Below are positions 1 to 13,373 of a stretch of DNA of 64,000 bases, piece after piece. The notes under the pieces were generated by a model that did no database searches, was not told the DNA's origin, and was given only the letters and a program-made list of their open reading frames with translations. The first letter of the stretch is position 1; every line of letters starts with the position of its first letter. The position numbers were made by a program, and so were the translations under genes. Source of the stretch: Octopus vulgaris (taxonomy: Eukaryota); contig OX597815.1 of the NCBI GenBank assembly GCA_951406725.2, forward strand, positions 19,840,001 to 19,904,000, given 5' to 3'.

Positions 1-54
1 TTATTAATAAGCAGTAAAAATATCACAAAAGCTGTTAGTCAGAGTTTCACGTTC
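1..54 (-). mobile_element. Truncated Penelope-like terminal segment carrying the 3' half of a hammerhead-like motif
   Basis: Minus strand reads GAACGT-GAAA-CTCTGAC-TA-ACAGC followed by an AT-rich tail. This matches the layout of the motifs at 54.7 and 59.8 kb. It is cut off at position 55 by a SINE tail. Confidence 0.35.
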
Positions 55-113
55 TACGCCACTGAAACCGGGAGACCGGCCCTTATGAGCCTTCATGGCT
101 CGAGAAGGAACAT
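55..113 (+). mobile_element. 3' tail fragment of SINE family C2
   Basis: TACGCCACTGAAACCGGGAGACCGGCCCTTATGAGCC..CATGGCTCGAGAAGGAAC closely matches 27915-27972. Confidence 0.8.
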
Positions 114-404
114 TTATATCACACACACAGTGTTGGCCAAAGTCTATGGATATATTATGAAAAACATTGTAGCACTAAAACAAAAAATTGTTAATGTACC
201 AGTAATTTATAAATTTTGATTACTTTTACCTGAAAGTTTTAGTCGAGGTCATGAGTTCAACCCTACTGCCAGCATTTCATAATGTGTCCGAATGTTTTGA
301 TTTTGATTCATTCATGAGTAGTGCGTTGATAGTATTATGTGTATGTTTCCTTTCGTTATTGCCATATTTACAGAGTAATGGTAATAGGATTGGTGGGGTG
401 AGCT

Positions 405-823
405 CTTTTTTGGGTCCACACATTTCAGTCATTAGAATGCGGCCATTCTGAGACACTGCTTTGAAGGGTTTTTGTCGAACACGTCGACGCCAGAACTTAT
501 ATTTAAGTGCTAATCTAGCGATGTCTTTTGTTGTAGCCGCTAAGTTACGGGGACGTAAACAAACCAATACCGGCAACCAAGCGATACGAAGGCAAAAAAG
601 ACACCCACACACACACAAACACATACATTTATATACATATATATACACGATGGGCTTCCACTCAGTTTTCTGTCTACTGTCTACTGCATTCAGTTACAAG
701 GTATTGGTCGACCCCGAAGCTGTTGTATGAAACATCTTCCCAAAGTGCCATGCAATGGAACTAAATCCGAAACCACCCGGTTGCAAAGCGAGCCTCTTGA
801 TCACACTACCAAACCTACACCTA
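405..823 (-). mobile_element. Diverged SINE family B copy
   Basis: TAAGTTACGGGGACGTAAAC, GGGCTTCCACTCAGTTTTCTGTCTAC, GGTCGACCCCGAAGC and a tRNA-like head align with the copy at 8587-8990. Confidence 0.75.
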
Positions 824-1270
824 TGTACACAGTCCTGTCTGTGCCCAACATTGCGAAGATCCCTTCAATAGAAGTTCCTTCATGAAGCCTATTCCGAGAA
901 TAAAAACTGATAAATTGACCTCAGATGCTCTACCGACTCTTCCATTTCGACGTCTTTTATTTTCTCTTTAAATAAGTGTAGTGATAGGTGTCTTTCAAAG
1001 ATGTGGGAGGAAACTCGAATTGGCGAGAGACTGCTTAATCTTTGGTTGCGTAAGATGGCGATGAGGGGAAAGAGTATTAGCATCAGATATTTTTAAGAGA
1101 GTACATACCATAGACTGGCGTCGCACCCGCGTGATTAGCGACTCGAATACGAGGTTTTATTAATACAATTCTGTTCAAATGTTCTGCTACCTAGTTGTGT
1201 ATATATGTGTGTGTATATGTATATATACATGTCGTTTGTGTAAGAGTGTGAACTGTGTGTGTGTGTATGT

Positions 1271-1354
<84 letters not shown>

Positions 1355-1565
1355 TTCTTCTGCATATCTATGTCTCTTTTTTGCTTTTTTTTTGGCATTT
1401 CTACTTTGTGTGAGTGTGTTTGCCTTACACTGCTGTGAGTGCTCAATGTTTCAGTGTCCTTGGGTGCATGCGCACTCGATTCATTCAACACTTCACTCTC
1501 TTATTATCATTAGTGATAGTTATTGTAGTGATTTTGTTTCTCCGTATCATTATTACTAGTTATTA

Positions 1566-1710
1566 CGGGAGTTCAAATTCCGCTGAGGTCGACTTTGCAA
1601 TTTCACCCTTTCGGGGTCAATAAAATAAGTCTCTATTGAGTACTGGGTTCGACGTGATCGACAATGCCCCTCTTCAAAATTTCAAACCTTGTGCTTATAG
1701 TAGAAACGAC
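1566..1710 (+). mobile_element. 5'-truncated SINE family A with a 15-bp TSD
   Basis: GAGTTCAAATTCCGCTGAGGTCGACTTTGC...CGGGGTC core. TATTACTAGTTATTA occurs at both 1551-1565 and 1711-1725. Confidence 0.85.
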
Positions 1711-2259
1711 TATTACTAGTTATTATAACCGACTTTTAACTCTTCCTTTATTGTTAGTGTTAATTTTTCTCTTTTAAATCATCCACTCTTTCATTGCTGG
1801 TTTTGTCTTTGGGACCTTTGGGACCGATAAAAGAAACTGTTAACCTTGTACCAAAATAGAAAAGAATTATCATAGAGTAGTCGAAAAAGTGATCTGAAGA
1901 TATATATATATATATATATATATGTGATTAACAGCTATATTTCACTACATTCTGAGTTCAAATTTCTCAATGGCTAACTTTGTCTTTGATGTCCACCTCT
2001 GTGGATATCAAATGCTTAGCGGACGAAATGCTGCTAAGCATTACGCCCAACTTGCTAACGATTCTACCAGCTTTCGGCCATTTTGTTAAATAACATCATT
2101 ATCATTGTTTTTCTTATGTTTTTAGGAAGTCGAACAATATGCGTAGGGATACAGTCGACACTGTTTCCTCACTACCAGTTACATACACGGGTCTATATTA
2201 TCGATATCACAAATATCTGGCTATGTGTCTGTGTTAGCAATCATTAATATAAATAACAG

Positions 2260-2470
2260 AGCGCCGGGTAAATATCGGGAGATATTCAATTATCTCCCTT
2301 TAAGTTCTGAGTTCAAATCCCGTCGGAGGAGTCAACTTTGCCTTTTATTTTCTCCGGGGTCGATAACATAACTACCAACCAAGTATTGGTGAGGAGCGGG
2401 GTTAAATTTAATCGATTGTTCTCTCCTTTCTATGAAAGAAATGTATGGCCATGTGCCAATGTTAGAAATC
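2260..2470 (+). mobile_element. Diverged SINE family A (old tail)
   Basis: GTTCTGAGTTCAAATCCCG..GTCAACTTTGCCTTT..CGGGGTCGATAA..GGCCATGTGCCAATGTTAGAAA. Confidence 0.75.
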
Positions 2471-2914
2471 ATATTCCGGGCTATGATTGGTAGACTTGTA
2501 ATATAGTCAGTGCCGGCATGAATTAAATGGGAAATAGAGACAAAAGCCGTGTAATATAAATGCTACTCTCTTTTCCTTCTAAACACCACCAACAGACACG
2601 CTCTTTCACCAATCACACACACATACACACACACAAACAACTAACACAAACCTTCTTCTGTTGTTTATATTCGCCATTATGTATGTGGTCGAAGTAGTAC
2701 TGCAGCAGTAAATAATCCCACGGACACGGTTTCTATTACCACTTGGAGCCGCTTGACTTGGCACACGACGCCAAATGACATGAAACGTTATAAAGACCCA
2801 TTTCCTTTCCAACACAATCAACAACGGCAGCACCACCACCACCTACACCACCACCACCTACACCACTGTCAATACTGCTATCAGCACCAATATCAACGAA
2901 ACACAGGCGGAGCC

Positions 2915-3155
2915 TCTACGTGGACGCTGAACCCGCTAGAAATAGCAGCTAAACCATCCTCAAATCACACTCAACCATTTTCCAAAAAAAAAAAAAGGTG
3001 CACACATAAAATAAGCAACGGACACATTGGATAATATAATCTTAGATAAACTATGCCTGAAGAAGAAAAAAAGGTGGAATGGTCACTGTTAAAACACTGC
3101 TGATCTACCATATGTCTATCTGCTCGATCAGGGTTGACCTTGGGCTAAACAACAA
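2915..3155 (+). mobile_element. Interspersed repeat family E (probable retroposon 3' end, (CAA)n tail)
   Basis: GCTAGAAATAGCAGC..CCTCAAATCACAC..GGACACATTGGATAAT..CTGCTCGATCAGGGTTGACCTTGGGCTAAACAACAAC. Related pieces lie at about 7040-7210, 8505-8560, 39985-40140, 40168-40205, 59280-59305 (-) and 61305-61450. Confidence 0.7.
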
Positions 3156-3685
3156 CACCAGTACCAACACTAACAACACTGCCACCGCCAGCAACAACAA
3201 CAACAACAACAACATCTACAACGTCACCCAAATTTCTGGCTTCTTGCCTATCTAAGTAAACCATTATAATCACGATTTACTTTCATCTGCTTTACATCAA
3301 GCTCAACAATGAACCATTAGTGAAGGAACGGTAAATGTAAGTAGACTACAGCTTACACATTTACAATCAAACACGTTGGATACAACGTCTCTATTGATTT
3401 GGAAACTTATGAAAGCAAGCATATATGTTTATGTACACATACACTTTACGCGTGCGCAGGCGCGCTCGCAGACAAACACACACACACACACAGAGCACAC
3501 ACACAGCACACACACACATAACACACAGCACACACATGCACACACGTGCATAGTCCCGCATGTGTATATCTAACTAGCGATGCGGGAATCTGTACGCGTC
3601 TCCGTACACATTCATCCATCCATCCATGTGTATATGTAAAATTTGTATTACATGCATATATATATAGATATTTATAGATACATAC

Positions 3686-3736
<51 letters not shown>

Positions 3737-3757
3737 TATATTATATATATATGTATG

Positions 3758-3795
<38 letters not shown>

Positions 3796-3804
3796 TACAT
3801 AATA

Positions 3805-3842
<38 letters not shown>

Positions 3843-4663
3843 TATATATGTATGTATATATATATATATATTTATAGATGCATACATAATCATATACATA
3901 TATAAATATTAACACATATATCTTTATATATTCGTGCATACATGTTATATATGCATGCACACGCATACAAACACTTATATATACACTGACGCGTATATCT
4001 GCTTCCGCGTGCCTCTGCGTGCGTGCGTGCATATGTGCTTACAACTTTGTAGGAGGTGTGTCTCCGTCTATTTAGACATTTGGTGCTGTTTGTATAAACA
4101 TGTTTGTTACAAATTCTCGCCATTTCAGTTGTTCCGAATGCAGATTCCCAAATTGGTCTGCAACAGTCAGAGAATGTAATCAATATGTAACGTTGCTGTC
4201 AGAGCGCCGAATCATAGTGTAACCCACAACAGACCTGAGCCTATGTATGTGTGTGTAGAAAAGTGTATATGTATTTATGTACGTTAGGCATATTATATGT
4301 GTTGTTGTTGTTGTTATTGTATGTGTATATGCATGTATGTTGTCTGATATTATCTGAGGTTCATGGAAATAATTTCTCTCCCACTCTGTCTCACTCACCC
4401 TTCTCTCTTACTCTCCGTCTTTCTCTCTCTCTCTCTCTCATCCCTCCCTCTCTCTCTCTCTCATCCCTCCCTCTCTCTCTTACTCCAACTCTATCTCTCT
4501 CTCTCTCTCTTCCTCTACTGCATAATTGAAGTAGGGTCAGTGTAATTATTATACACATGAAAACAGTTTGCTATTTACCCTTGAGTAATAACAATAGTTA
4601 ACAAAAGTGATGATAGTAATGATAATAATGATAATAATGATAATGATGATGATGATGATAATG

Positions 4664-4708
<45 letters not shown>

Positions 4709-4950
4709 TAATGGTGATGATGATGATTAAAGAAATCGGTAATAAAAAATAAATCATCATCATCATCATCATCATCATCGTCATTATCAATGTTTAGCAG
4801 AAACGTGTCTATAGCACATTAATATGATGAACATATGTACTGTATAAGATAAATATACATACATACATATATACACACATACATATGCATGTATATATGT
4901 ATGTGGATGTGTACGCATGTATACATCCACATACGCATGTATATATATAC

Positions 4951-5010
<60 letters not shown>

Positions 5011-5174
5011 ATAAACATCTATATATATGTATATATATATGTATATATATATATATATATATATACATCCACTTTCACGTGTATACATACACCACACACA
5101 CACGCACTTATATACGTATACAATCGTACATACATAATATATATAAATCATACACACACACACACACACACACA

Positions 5175-5304
5175 CAGGGTGTCCCAAAGGTGGTGGGCGA
5201 TTTTATAGCCGCACATGCAATAATAAAATAGTTTTGCATTGAACTTTGTTTATTAACATCAATAAATTTGTTTCAGAATTTGGCGTTACTTTTGGGACAC
5301 CTTA
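5175..5304. mobile_element. Tc1/mariner-type MITE (about 130 bp)
   Basis: Left end CAGGGTGTCCCAAAGGT and right end ACTTTTGGGACACCTTA form imperfect terminal inverted repeats. The right side is flanked by TA. Confidence 0.65.
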
Positions 5305-5346
5305 TATAGTCGGTGGTATGTGTGTTAGGAGGGTGTGGGATTGTGT

Positions 5347-5397
<51 letters not shown>

Positions 5398-5582
5398 TTG
5401 TGAGTGAGTGTGGTGTTTGTAGAATTTAATAAAAACAAAACGAATATATCGCATACGTTTAAAAAATAAGTTAGAGCCTATTTTTTGCGACACATTGTAA
5501 AGATGGTATACGCGTGTACATATAGAATTTATATATATATATATATATATATACATACATATATATATATACATACGTATAT

Positions 5583-5730
<148 letters not shown>

Positions 5731-5803
5731 ATATATATGTATATATGTGTATGTATATATATATATATATATATATACATACATATTACATATATACATT
5801 TGT

Positions 5804-5849
<46 letters not shown>

Positions 5850-6830
5850 AATTATACACACGCATCCACGTTATTAAGGATGCATGTGTTTGCTATTTCG
5901 ATAAATAAATGGTGGACGGTTGATTTTATGAAATCGTTAGAGCGGTTAAGAAAGATCTACACGCTGTATAATTACCTCCCTTTACACCTCAAATTCAAAA
6001 TTCCCAACGGGATCAACATTAGCTTTTTATAGGTGACGTTCAAGTATTATAATTGATCGTTCGGCCTACACTACTCTCTCCCCTACCAAAAGAAAAAAAA
6101 AATTATAAATTTGGCCTTGAACCGTAATTAAAACAAGAAATTTGATCTCTAACTAATATTCTCTGTTACGTGACACTTTTAATATCATTGCTTTGTATCA
6201 CCTGTTCCTCACCTCAATTCTAACACAATTTTATTGTTACAAACTGTGTGATGCACTATACGGTCAGATATATGTGTGCTCGTGTATATATGCAGACACA
6301 CACACATACATACATTCATACATACATACACATATTACAAACACACACACACACATATATATTATACGCATACGCGCGCGGGGAGGTGTATGTATTAAGC
6401 AATGAACACAGAAGGAAGATAACACGAGTGGGATGAGTTTTAACAAATGCTGTATAAATTTAGTATATATCTATATGTTCGTATAATGTATGTATATGAA
6501 CATATAATAATAACAAGAGCCCAATAGATATATAGAGTATATATTAAATTGAAGTTTCACTTCTTCATGTTAACTCACTTTTTTTTCATATCAGTAGGGA
6601 ATCAGATGAAACTAGTCAGTCCGTGTGGGGTACTATGCCTTCAATTCCATACAAACATACATACATACATACATACATACATACATACATACATACATAC
6701 TCGCGAAACATGCGCGTGTGTGTGTGAGTATGCGTGCGTTAGTGTGACACGGATTAAACTAAGAAACGAAACTTTGTGAGAGATATGCATTTGCTTCTCT
6801 CTTGGATTTGTGTTTTACAGTGGATTTACA

Positions 6831-6868
<38 letters not shown>

Positions 6869-8058
6869 AGGATCATATAGGTTTCAGAGGATCATATATA
6901 GATGCTGACATTGTATAATAGCTTTGCGTATAATAGTTTAGGATTGTAAAGTACAAACGATATATTGTGACGTATGAACCTTATAAAGACACATAAACTT
7001 AAATTAGGCTGATACTTGGTTTCTTGAGCGGGTAAAGGCAACAATGGAGTCTCCCTCAAATCATATACAAATGTCGGAATAAGAAAAGGTGACCAGTACA
7101 TAATTTAGTCCCAGATTGCCATGATTATTAAAAAAGGACATAATGATCAAAACTGAAACACTATTGATAGAAGACATGCTGGATCAGAGTTTATCAAGAT
7201 TTAAACAATGGTAACACTGTATTTTAGAAATCTATCACATTATTTGGCTTCTCATGATATTCGTGTGTTCGAGTGTTACGCAGCAGAGAAATTTAATGAT
7301 AGAATAAAATTTAAGATATAATCAAAATGTTTTACATAATTAGATGAAGTTATGAAATCCTTTTAATTGATATAACATTTTACACGCAAATCATCAACGC
7401 ACTGTTTCATATTACAGTTATGTTGCCTCTATGAACACAGACTTTGAAACCATCTTCTAATGAGAGTGTAGCAGCTTGTCTCCTTTAATAACACCACCGT
7501 AACAACAGTTTGCAGATATATCAAAGAAAGGCCTTTATAATATTGATATCTCTTCTCATAAACAACTTACAACTAAAAGTCATTCATAACTGGGAACATG
7601 ACAACAGCAACATAAAACGACTATCTAAAAGGCATATCGATGAAATATAATAATTACAACCACACTTGTTTTTCTTCGTGAAAAATTCACCTCTATAATA
7701 TTTAAAACTAAAATTTCTACAGTATTTCTATTAGTTTTTCATAATAACCTTACATCCATTAATGTAGCTTAGAGTGAACTTTAAAGATTAGAATTAATTT
7801 TCAATGCCAGGTAGTGTCAACTTTGCACAAGTTAACCACCCACAAGGAATATGTCTCACTCCACATAACAGTACTGTTCAAATATCTATGTTATGTCACA
7901 GTAGTTGCGGTGCCACTATAATTTATATACGAGTTTGACGAACCTAAAACACATGTGTCAACCATGATACGCCACAGGTTTTTTTTTATGTAACATCCAA
8001 TGGACTTTGAAAAAAGTTCTCCTGTCATAAAAAGTTTATCAAGGGAAAATTCACCTAA

Positions 8059-8276
8059 CATCGGTTTCAAATTTTGGCAAAGGCCAGTAAGTTCGGGGGT
8101 CGGGGGCAAGTCGATTACATTGACCCCATTACTCAGCTAGTACTTATTTCTTCGACCATGAAACGATGAAAGGCAAAAATCTACCATGGCTGAATTTGAA
8201 CCCAGAACGTAGAAACGGGCAAAAGACTGCTAAGCAGCTTCCCTGGTGTGCTAACTATTCTGCCAACTCGCCACCT
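8059..8276 (-). mobile_element. Full-length SINE family A (old tail) with a 12-bp TSD
   Basis: Minus-strand head GGTGGCGAGTTGGCAGAATAGTTAGCAC through tail GGCCTTTGCCAAAATTTGAAACC. AAATTCACCTAA occurs at 8047-8058 and 8277-8288. Confidence 0.85.
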
Positions 8277-8586
8277 AAATTCACCTAATACTAAATTCAC
8301 TTTACACACGTCCATTACATTCCAATAATAAGATTATCAAAGCAATTAAGATGTCAGCAGGCCTAACTAAAATGGCTGCTCATCGCTGTTATAGACAACA
8401 TCTAAAGAATGACCTTTCCGCATTGGCAAATCTTCATCCACCAAACACACTGTACAGCCACGTGTAGACTAAACCAATGAAGAAGCATCCATCTAATCGT
8501 GTGGCAAGCTAGAAATAAGTATTCAAATTTTCTTCAAATCACATCTTTACTGCCCTTATAAATTGGAAAGGAAATGGAAAGGAAAA

Positions 8587-8990
8587 GGCGCAGGAGTGGC
8601 TGTGTGGTAAATAGCTTGCTTACCAACCACATGGTTCTGGGTTCATTCCCACTGCGTAGCACCTTGGGCAAGTGTCTTCTACTATAGCCTCGAGCCGACC
8701 AAAGCCTTGTGAGTGGATTTGGTAGACGGAAACTGAAAGAAACCCGTCGTATATATGCGTATGTGTGTGTGTGTGTGTGTGTTTGTGTGTCTGTGTTTGT
8801 CCCCTCAGCATCGCTTGACAACCGATGCTGGTGTGTTTACGTCCCCGTAACTTAGTGGTTCGGCAAAAGAGACCGATAGAATAAGTACTAGACTTCCAAA
8901 GAATAAGACCTGGGGTCGATTTGCTCGACTAAAAAGGTGGTGCACCAGCATGGCCGCAGTCAAATGACTGAAACAAGTAAAAAAAAAAGA
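8587..8990 (+). mobile_element. Full-length SINE family B (tRNA head, CORE-like box, internal microsatellite)
   Basis: A-box-like GTGGCTGTGTGG, B-box-like GGTTCATTCCC, CACCTTGGGCAAGT (CORE-like), internal (TG)n, and tail GCATGGCCGCAGTCAAATGACTGAAACAAGTAAAA. Four or more other copies are in the window. Confidence 0.9.
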
Positions 8991-9140
8991 GCAATAAAGT
9001 GTATATTCACAGTGCCTTAAAAACAAAGAGTAGATAGTCAAGATTCCAAATGCAGTGTACACGATGTACACTGCAAACAATTGTGTCCCCCCTGCCCTTT
9101 TCTATCGTCTGGTTCCTGCTGTAACACCAGATTCACTTAC

Positions 9141-9164
9141 CTCTCCTCCTTTCAGCAACTCCAT
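9141..9164 (-). CDS. Candidate short first coding exon (MELLKGGE, phase 0)
   Basis: Minus strand ACA-ATG-G (good start context) ...GGA GAG|GTAAGT (consensus donor), in unique non-repetitive sequence. No homology recognised. Confidence 0.35.
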
Positions 9165-9807
9165 TGTGGTTTGCTTCAAAAATCTTGCACTGGAGACTTC
9201 ACACAAACACAAACCGATATCGTTTTATTTGCAGCTCTTTGTAATTGTCTCTGTTGTTTCTGGTGCATAAATTCAACCGCATTGACTTCACCAGCCTCCC
9301 GGGATTAGCATGTATAGAAAAAGCAAAGCAAAATTGTACGCCATGAATGTACATTTAGGAAAAGAGTTATTTATGTATATATTTGCATAAATCGAAATAG
9401 GTCAACAATAGCACCGTCATTTACAGATTTTCAAATAGGTGAGGGCGACAAGGCACTGGCTGTTATACCGATTGACTTCACTCGAAGAGGAACAGTTTTT
9501 CGGTATACTCACTGAGATTCACTTACACATACACGCACACACATCAAATTTTACCCATAAGATATTGGTAAAACTGAGACTACGAGGAGACGAAGTTTGA
9601 TCAAGACGTCACGTAGTAGGATCGAACACGAAATCACATGGTTTCGAAGCAAACTTCTAAACCCCACAGCCATGCCTGAACCCAGAAACTTTGATGTCGA
9701 GTAGGTGTTTTTCTGAAAATCTTTACATTACTAACACCTGAATATTTGTTGTTGCTGCTGCTGCTGTTGTTAAGCAACAAGACGGGTAAGGGTGGTTAGG
9801 TGATGGT

Positions 9808-9990
9808 CTAGGGCTTAGGGGTGGGAGACCCCAGACCTTGGGAAAAGAAACTTTGATTGTCTTGTTGTAATCGAGGGTTCTTCGTTGACGCCCGACACCA
9901 CTGGCAGGTGGCCCTCGAAGTCGCTGGAAATGGAGATCTCCAGGTCCAAATTCTTGGACGGCTGTTGCTGCTGCTGAGATTACTGTTGTT
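9808..9990 (-). other. GC-richer unique segment, possible exon
   Basis: All three minus-strand frames are open over about 140 nt (e.g. QQQPSKNLDLEISISSDFEGHLPVVSGVNEEPSITTRQSKFLFP). The donor AAG|GTCTGG is weak and the acceptor is poor. Confidence 0.2.
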
Positions 9991-10209
9991 TTTCTTACAA
10001 ATTAACGCGAAAAATATATATGACACATTTGCTTTTTGGGAAGCTGTGCAGCGTGAAATACATGACGGTTGCAACATGTTTCTTTGTTTCATGTATCCTA
10101 TATACATAGCTTTAATTAGCAGAACAATACGCAAGCATTCAAGCATATATGCACAAGCACAAACAGACACACTCAATATAGACTTATAAATAAACACACA
10201 CATATATAT

Positions 10210-10267
<58 letters not shown>

Positions 10268-10459
10268 TTATATATATCTTTAACACATGAACATTTCCTG
10301 TCTCGACATACGCCCACAACTTTGTGAGAGCGCGATGTATAGTATATTTATAGAAGCGTGAAATAAACCTTTCAATGGAAACTAAGTATATGACTGCAAC
10401 ATAAGCTATCACATTCGATGACCACGATATATATATATATATATATCTTTCTCTTTTCT

Positions 10460-11032
<573 letters not shown>

Positions 11033-11377
11033 ATTTTTGTGGCTGATATGGGTAGTAGAGTGAGTTGAATAAAATTACTCATCTGCAATCTTTCTCGTTG
11101 GTGTTAGACAGAAAAATCTCTCTGAAAGTGTTTAGATAATCATGAGATGCAAGGGAAGTAAATCCCATAAGCTCAATTGATTGAAATTTTTCGATAAAAC
11201 GCATACTGCCCATTGAAGTGGGATATCTTTAACGTCAGCTGGTGAATGCAACGGACAGTTTTCCCTCTCATGAGACCTCTTCAGCATCGTATATTTTTCT
11301 CAGTTTGTAAGACTAAGAAAAATTTAATATACACATATATACATATATACATATACATATATTTACATACACACACA

Positions 11378-11531
<154 letters not shown>

Positions 11532-11666
11532 TTGTCTATAAAGTCGTATGACACACATATATTTTGTTTATTCATATGTTTTCATATATATATATATATA
11601 TTGGAGCAAATATCAGAATTGAACAGCCGAAATTTGCTATATGATATGTCTGACTGAAGATTGATA

Positions 11667-11707
<41 letters not shown>

Positions 11708-12244
11708 CATGTGTGTATGTATGCATTGTGTATGGATGTATATAGTGATGATGCGTTTGCGTTTAAATTGTAAACACACATATAGGGCACAAGAGGAGGT
11801 GTTTGGGTCTACCAATGTATGCCGTTCTAAAATTCATATATAGTTGCTAAACAATAGTTTGTCGTTCTATTTGTTTTTTTCTTTTCTGGTATTTTATTAA
11901 TGTACTTGTTATATTCAACATGAATAGTATGTGAGTATTTTTTTTTTTTCTCTGCTGTCTTGAAATATCTCTTTTCATTAGCATCAACTCTAACATACTG
12001 CACCAATTCACGGTCTATTTATTTATTTTATTTTACTTTAATATTTTCTTTTAAAAGACAGACAGTGCAAATCAATAAGATTCTTTAGTTTGAAATAATG
12101 GCCATAAGACTGCGACTTCATCATCTTCACACAGTGAAATTACATGGCCAGAGAAAACACGAGGAAAATGTTGTTCTCTAATATATTTTTAAAAATACGG
12201 AAAGTGTTTGAAGGAAATTAAATTCATAAAATGATAATAATTCT

Positions 12245-12430
12245 TTCTAATTTTGGCACAAGGACATCAATTTTGAGTGGAATGTATTCATCAATTATAT
12301 CAATCCCAGGGTTTAACTAGTGCCCATTTTATCGACCCCGAAAGAATGAAAGACAAAGACGGCCTCAGCAGAATTGAACCCTCAATGCAAAGACCCGGAA
12401 GTACTGCTGCTTAACATTTTGTCACTCGTA
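12245..12430 (-). mobile_element. Diverged SINE family A
   Basis: TTTTGGCACAAGG..TTTATCGACCCCGAAAGAATGAAAGACAAAG on the plus strand. Confidence 0.75.
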
Positions 12431-12469
12431 CTACATGTATGTATCTCTGTGGATTCAAAAAGTTCGATT

Positions 12470-12838
12470 CGTTATAATATGTTTCCAGGCTCAGCTACAT
12501 AGTTGTTGTGTGGACGCCCCCAGACAATGAAGTAGACTAGCCCTATACGTAGATATAGAGGGAGAAGTCTAGACGTCAGAGTAGGAACAGGCTAAAAAAG
12601 ATTAATGGTAATACATGTGATGAGGGGCGCATACAGCCATTCATAACCCCATTGTTATATAATCACCTCATCATATTCGTTCTATGTATTGTCCCCTCTG
12701 TGGTGTCCTGTCTGTCCTTGTTTGTCCCCTCTATGTTTGGGCCCTTGTGGCTAATAAAGACACAGAGAACAGTTGAGTAGCAGTCGGAATAGCAGAAGAG
12801 TAGAGTTGAGTAGAAGCATCCGAACATGCGACATAACA
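12470..12838 (+). mobile_element. Solo-LTR-like unit (about 370 bp)
   Basis: Ends (C)GTTAT...ATAACA, near the TGTTAT/ATAACA LTR termini. Has a TATA-like TTATATAAT (about 12655) and AATAAA (12753-12758). No TSD found. Confidence 0.45.
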
Positions 12839-13295
12839 ATAGCGTTGTACTTCAGACGAGATGTCTACTATATCTTGCATATGATAGCTGATTGAAGGAA
12901 ACTGTTCTGAAGCTTGTCGTATATATGTTTATATATACGTACGGATGTTTGTATGTGTCAGAGAGTGTACAGACGTGAACATCTTTCAACAATATGTAAC
13001 TATACGTATATATGCTTGTATCTAAATACTATCTACATGTCTGTATATGTATGTGTTATTATATGTGCGTATGTGTGTGGAAGAGAGAGCATACATATGT
13101 TATGCCATTCGACAACACGCATCAGTGAGTGAACAGACATATTTGTAGTTTCCAAAAACTGGTGGTATTTATTTTGCCCAAGAAAATGATCCCCAACGTC
13201 ATTCATACTACCTTAAATATAGCGAAAACTAGAGACTGTCCCATTACAAACATATAACCAACGACGTTATTGTTTAAAAAAATCTGATATCAATG

Positions 13296-13373
<78 letters not shown>

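Noticed and set aside
128-240. CAGTGTTGGCCAAAGT Tc1-like terminus
   Set aside because: No matching second TIR found in the window.
820-1083. Minus-strand ORF (..KEKIKDVEMEESVEHLRSIYQFLFSE) and possible exon LHEGTSIEGIFAMLGTDRTVYI
   Set aside because: No recognisable homology, a weak acceptor, and a putative donor that coincides with a SINE B start.
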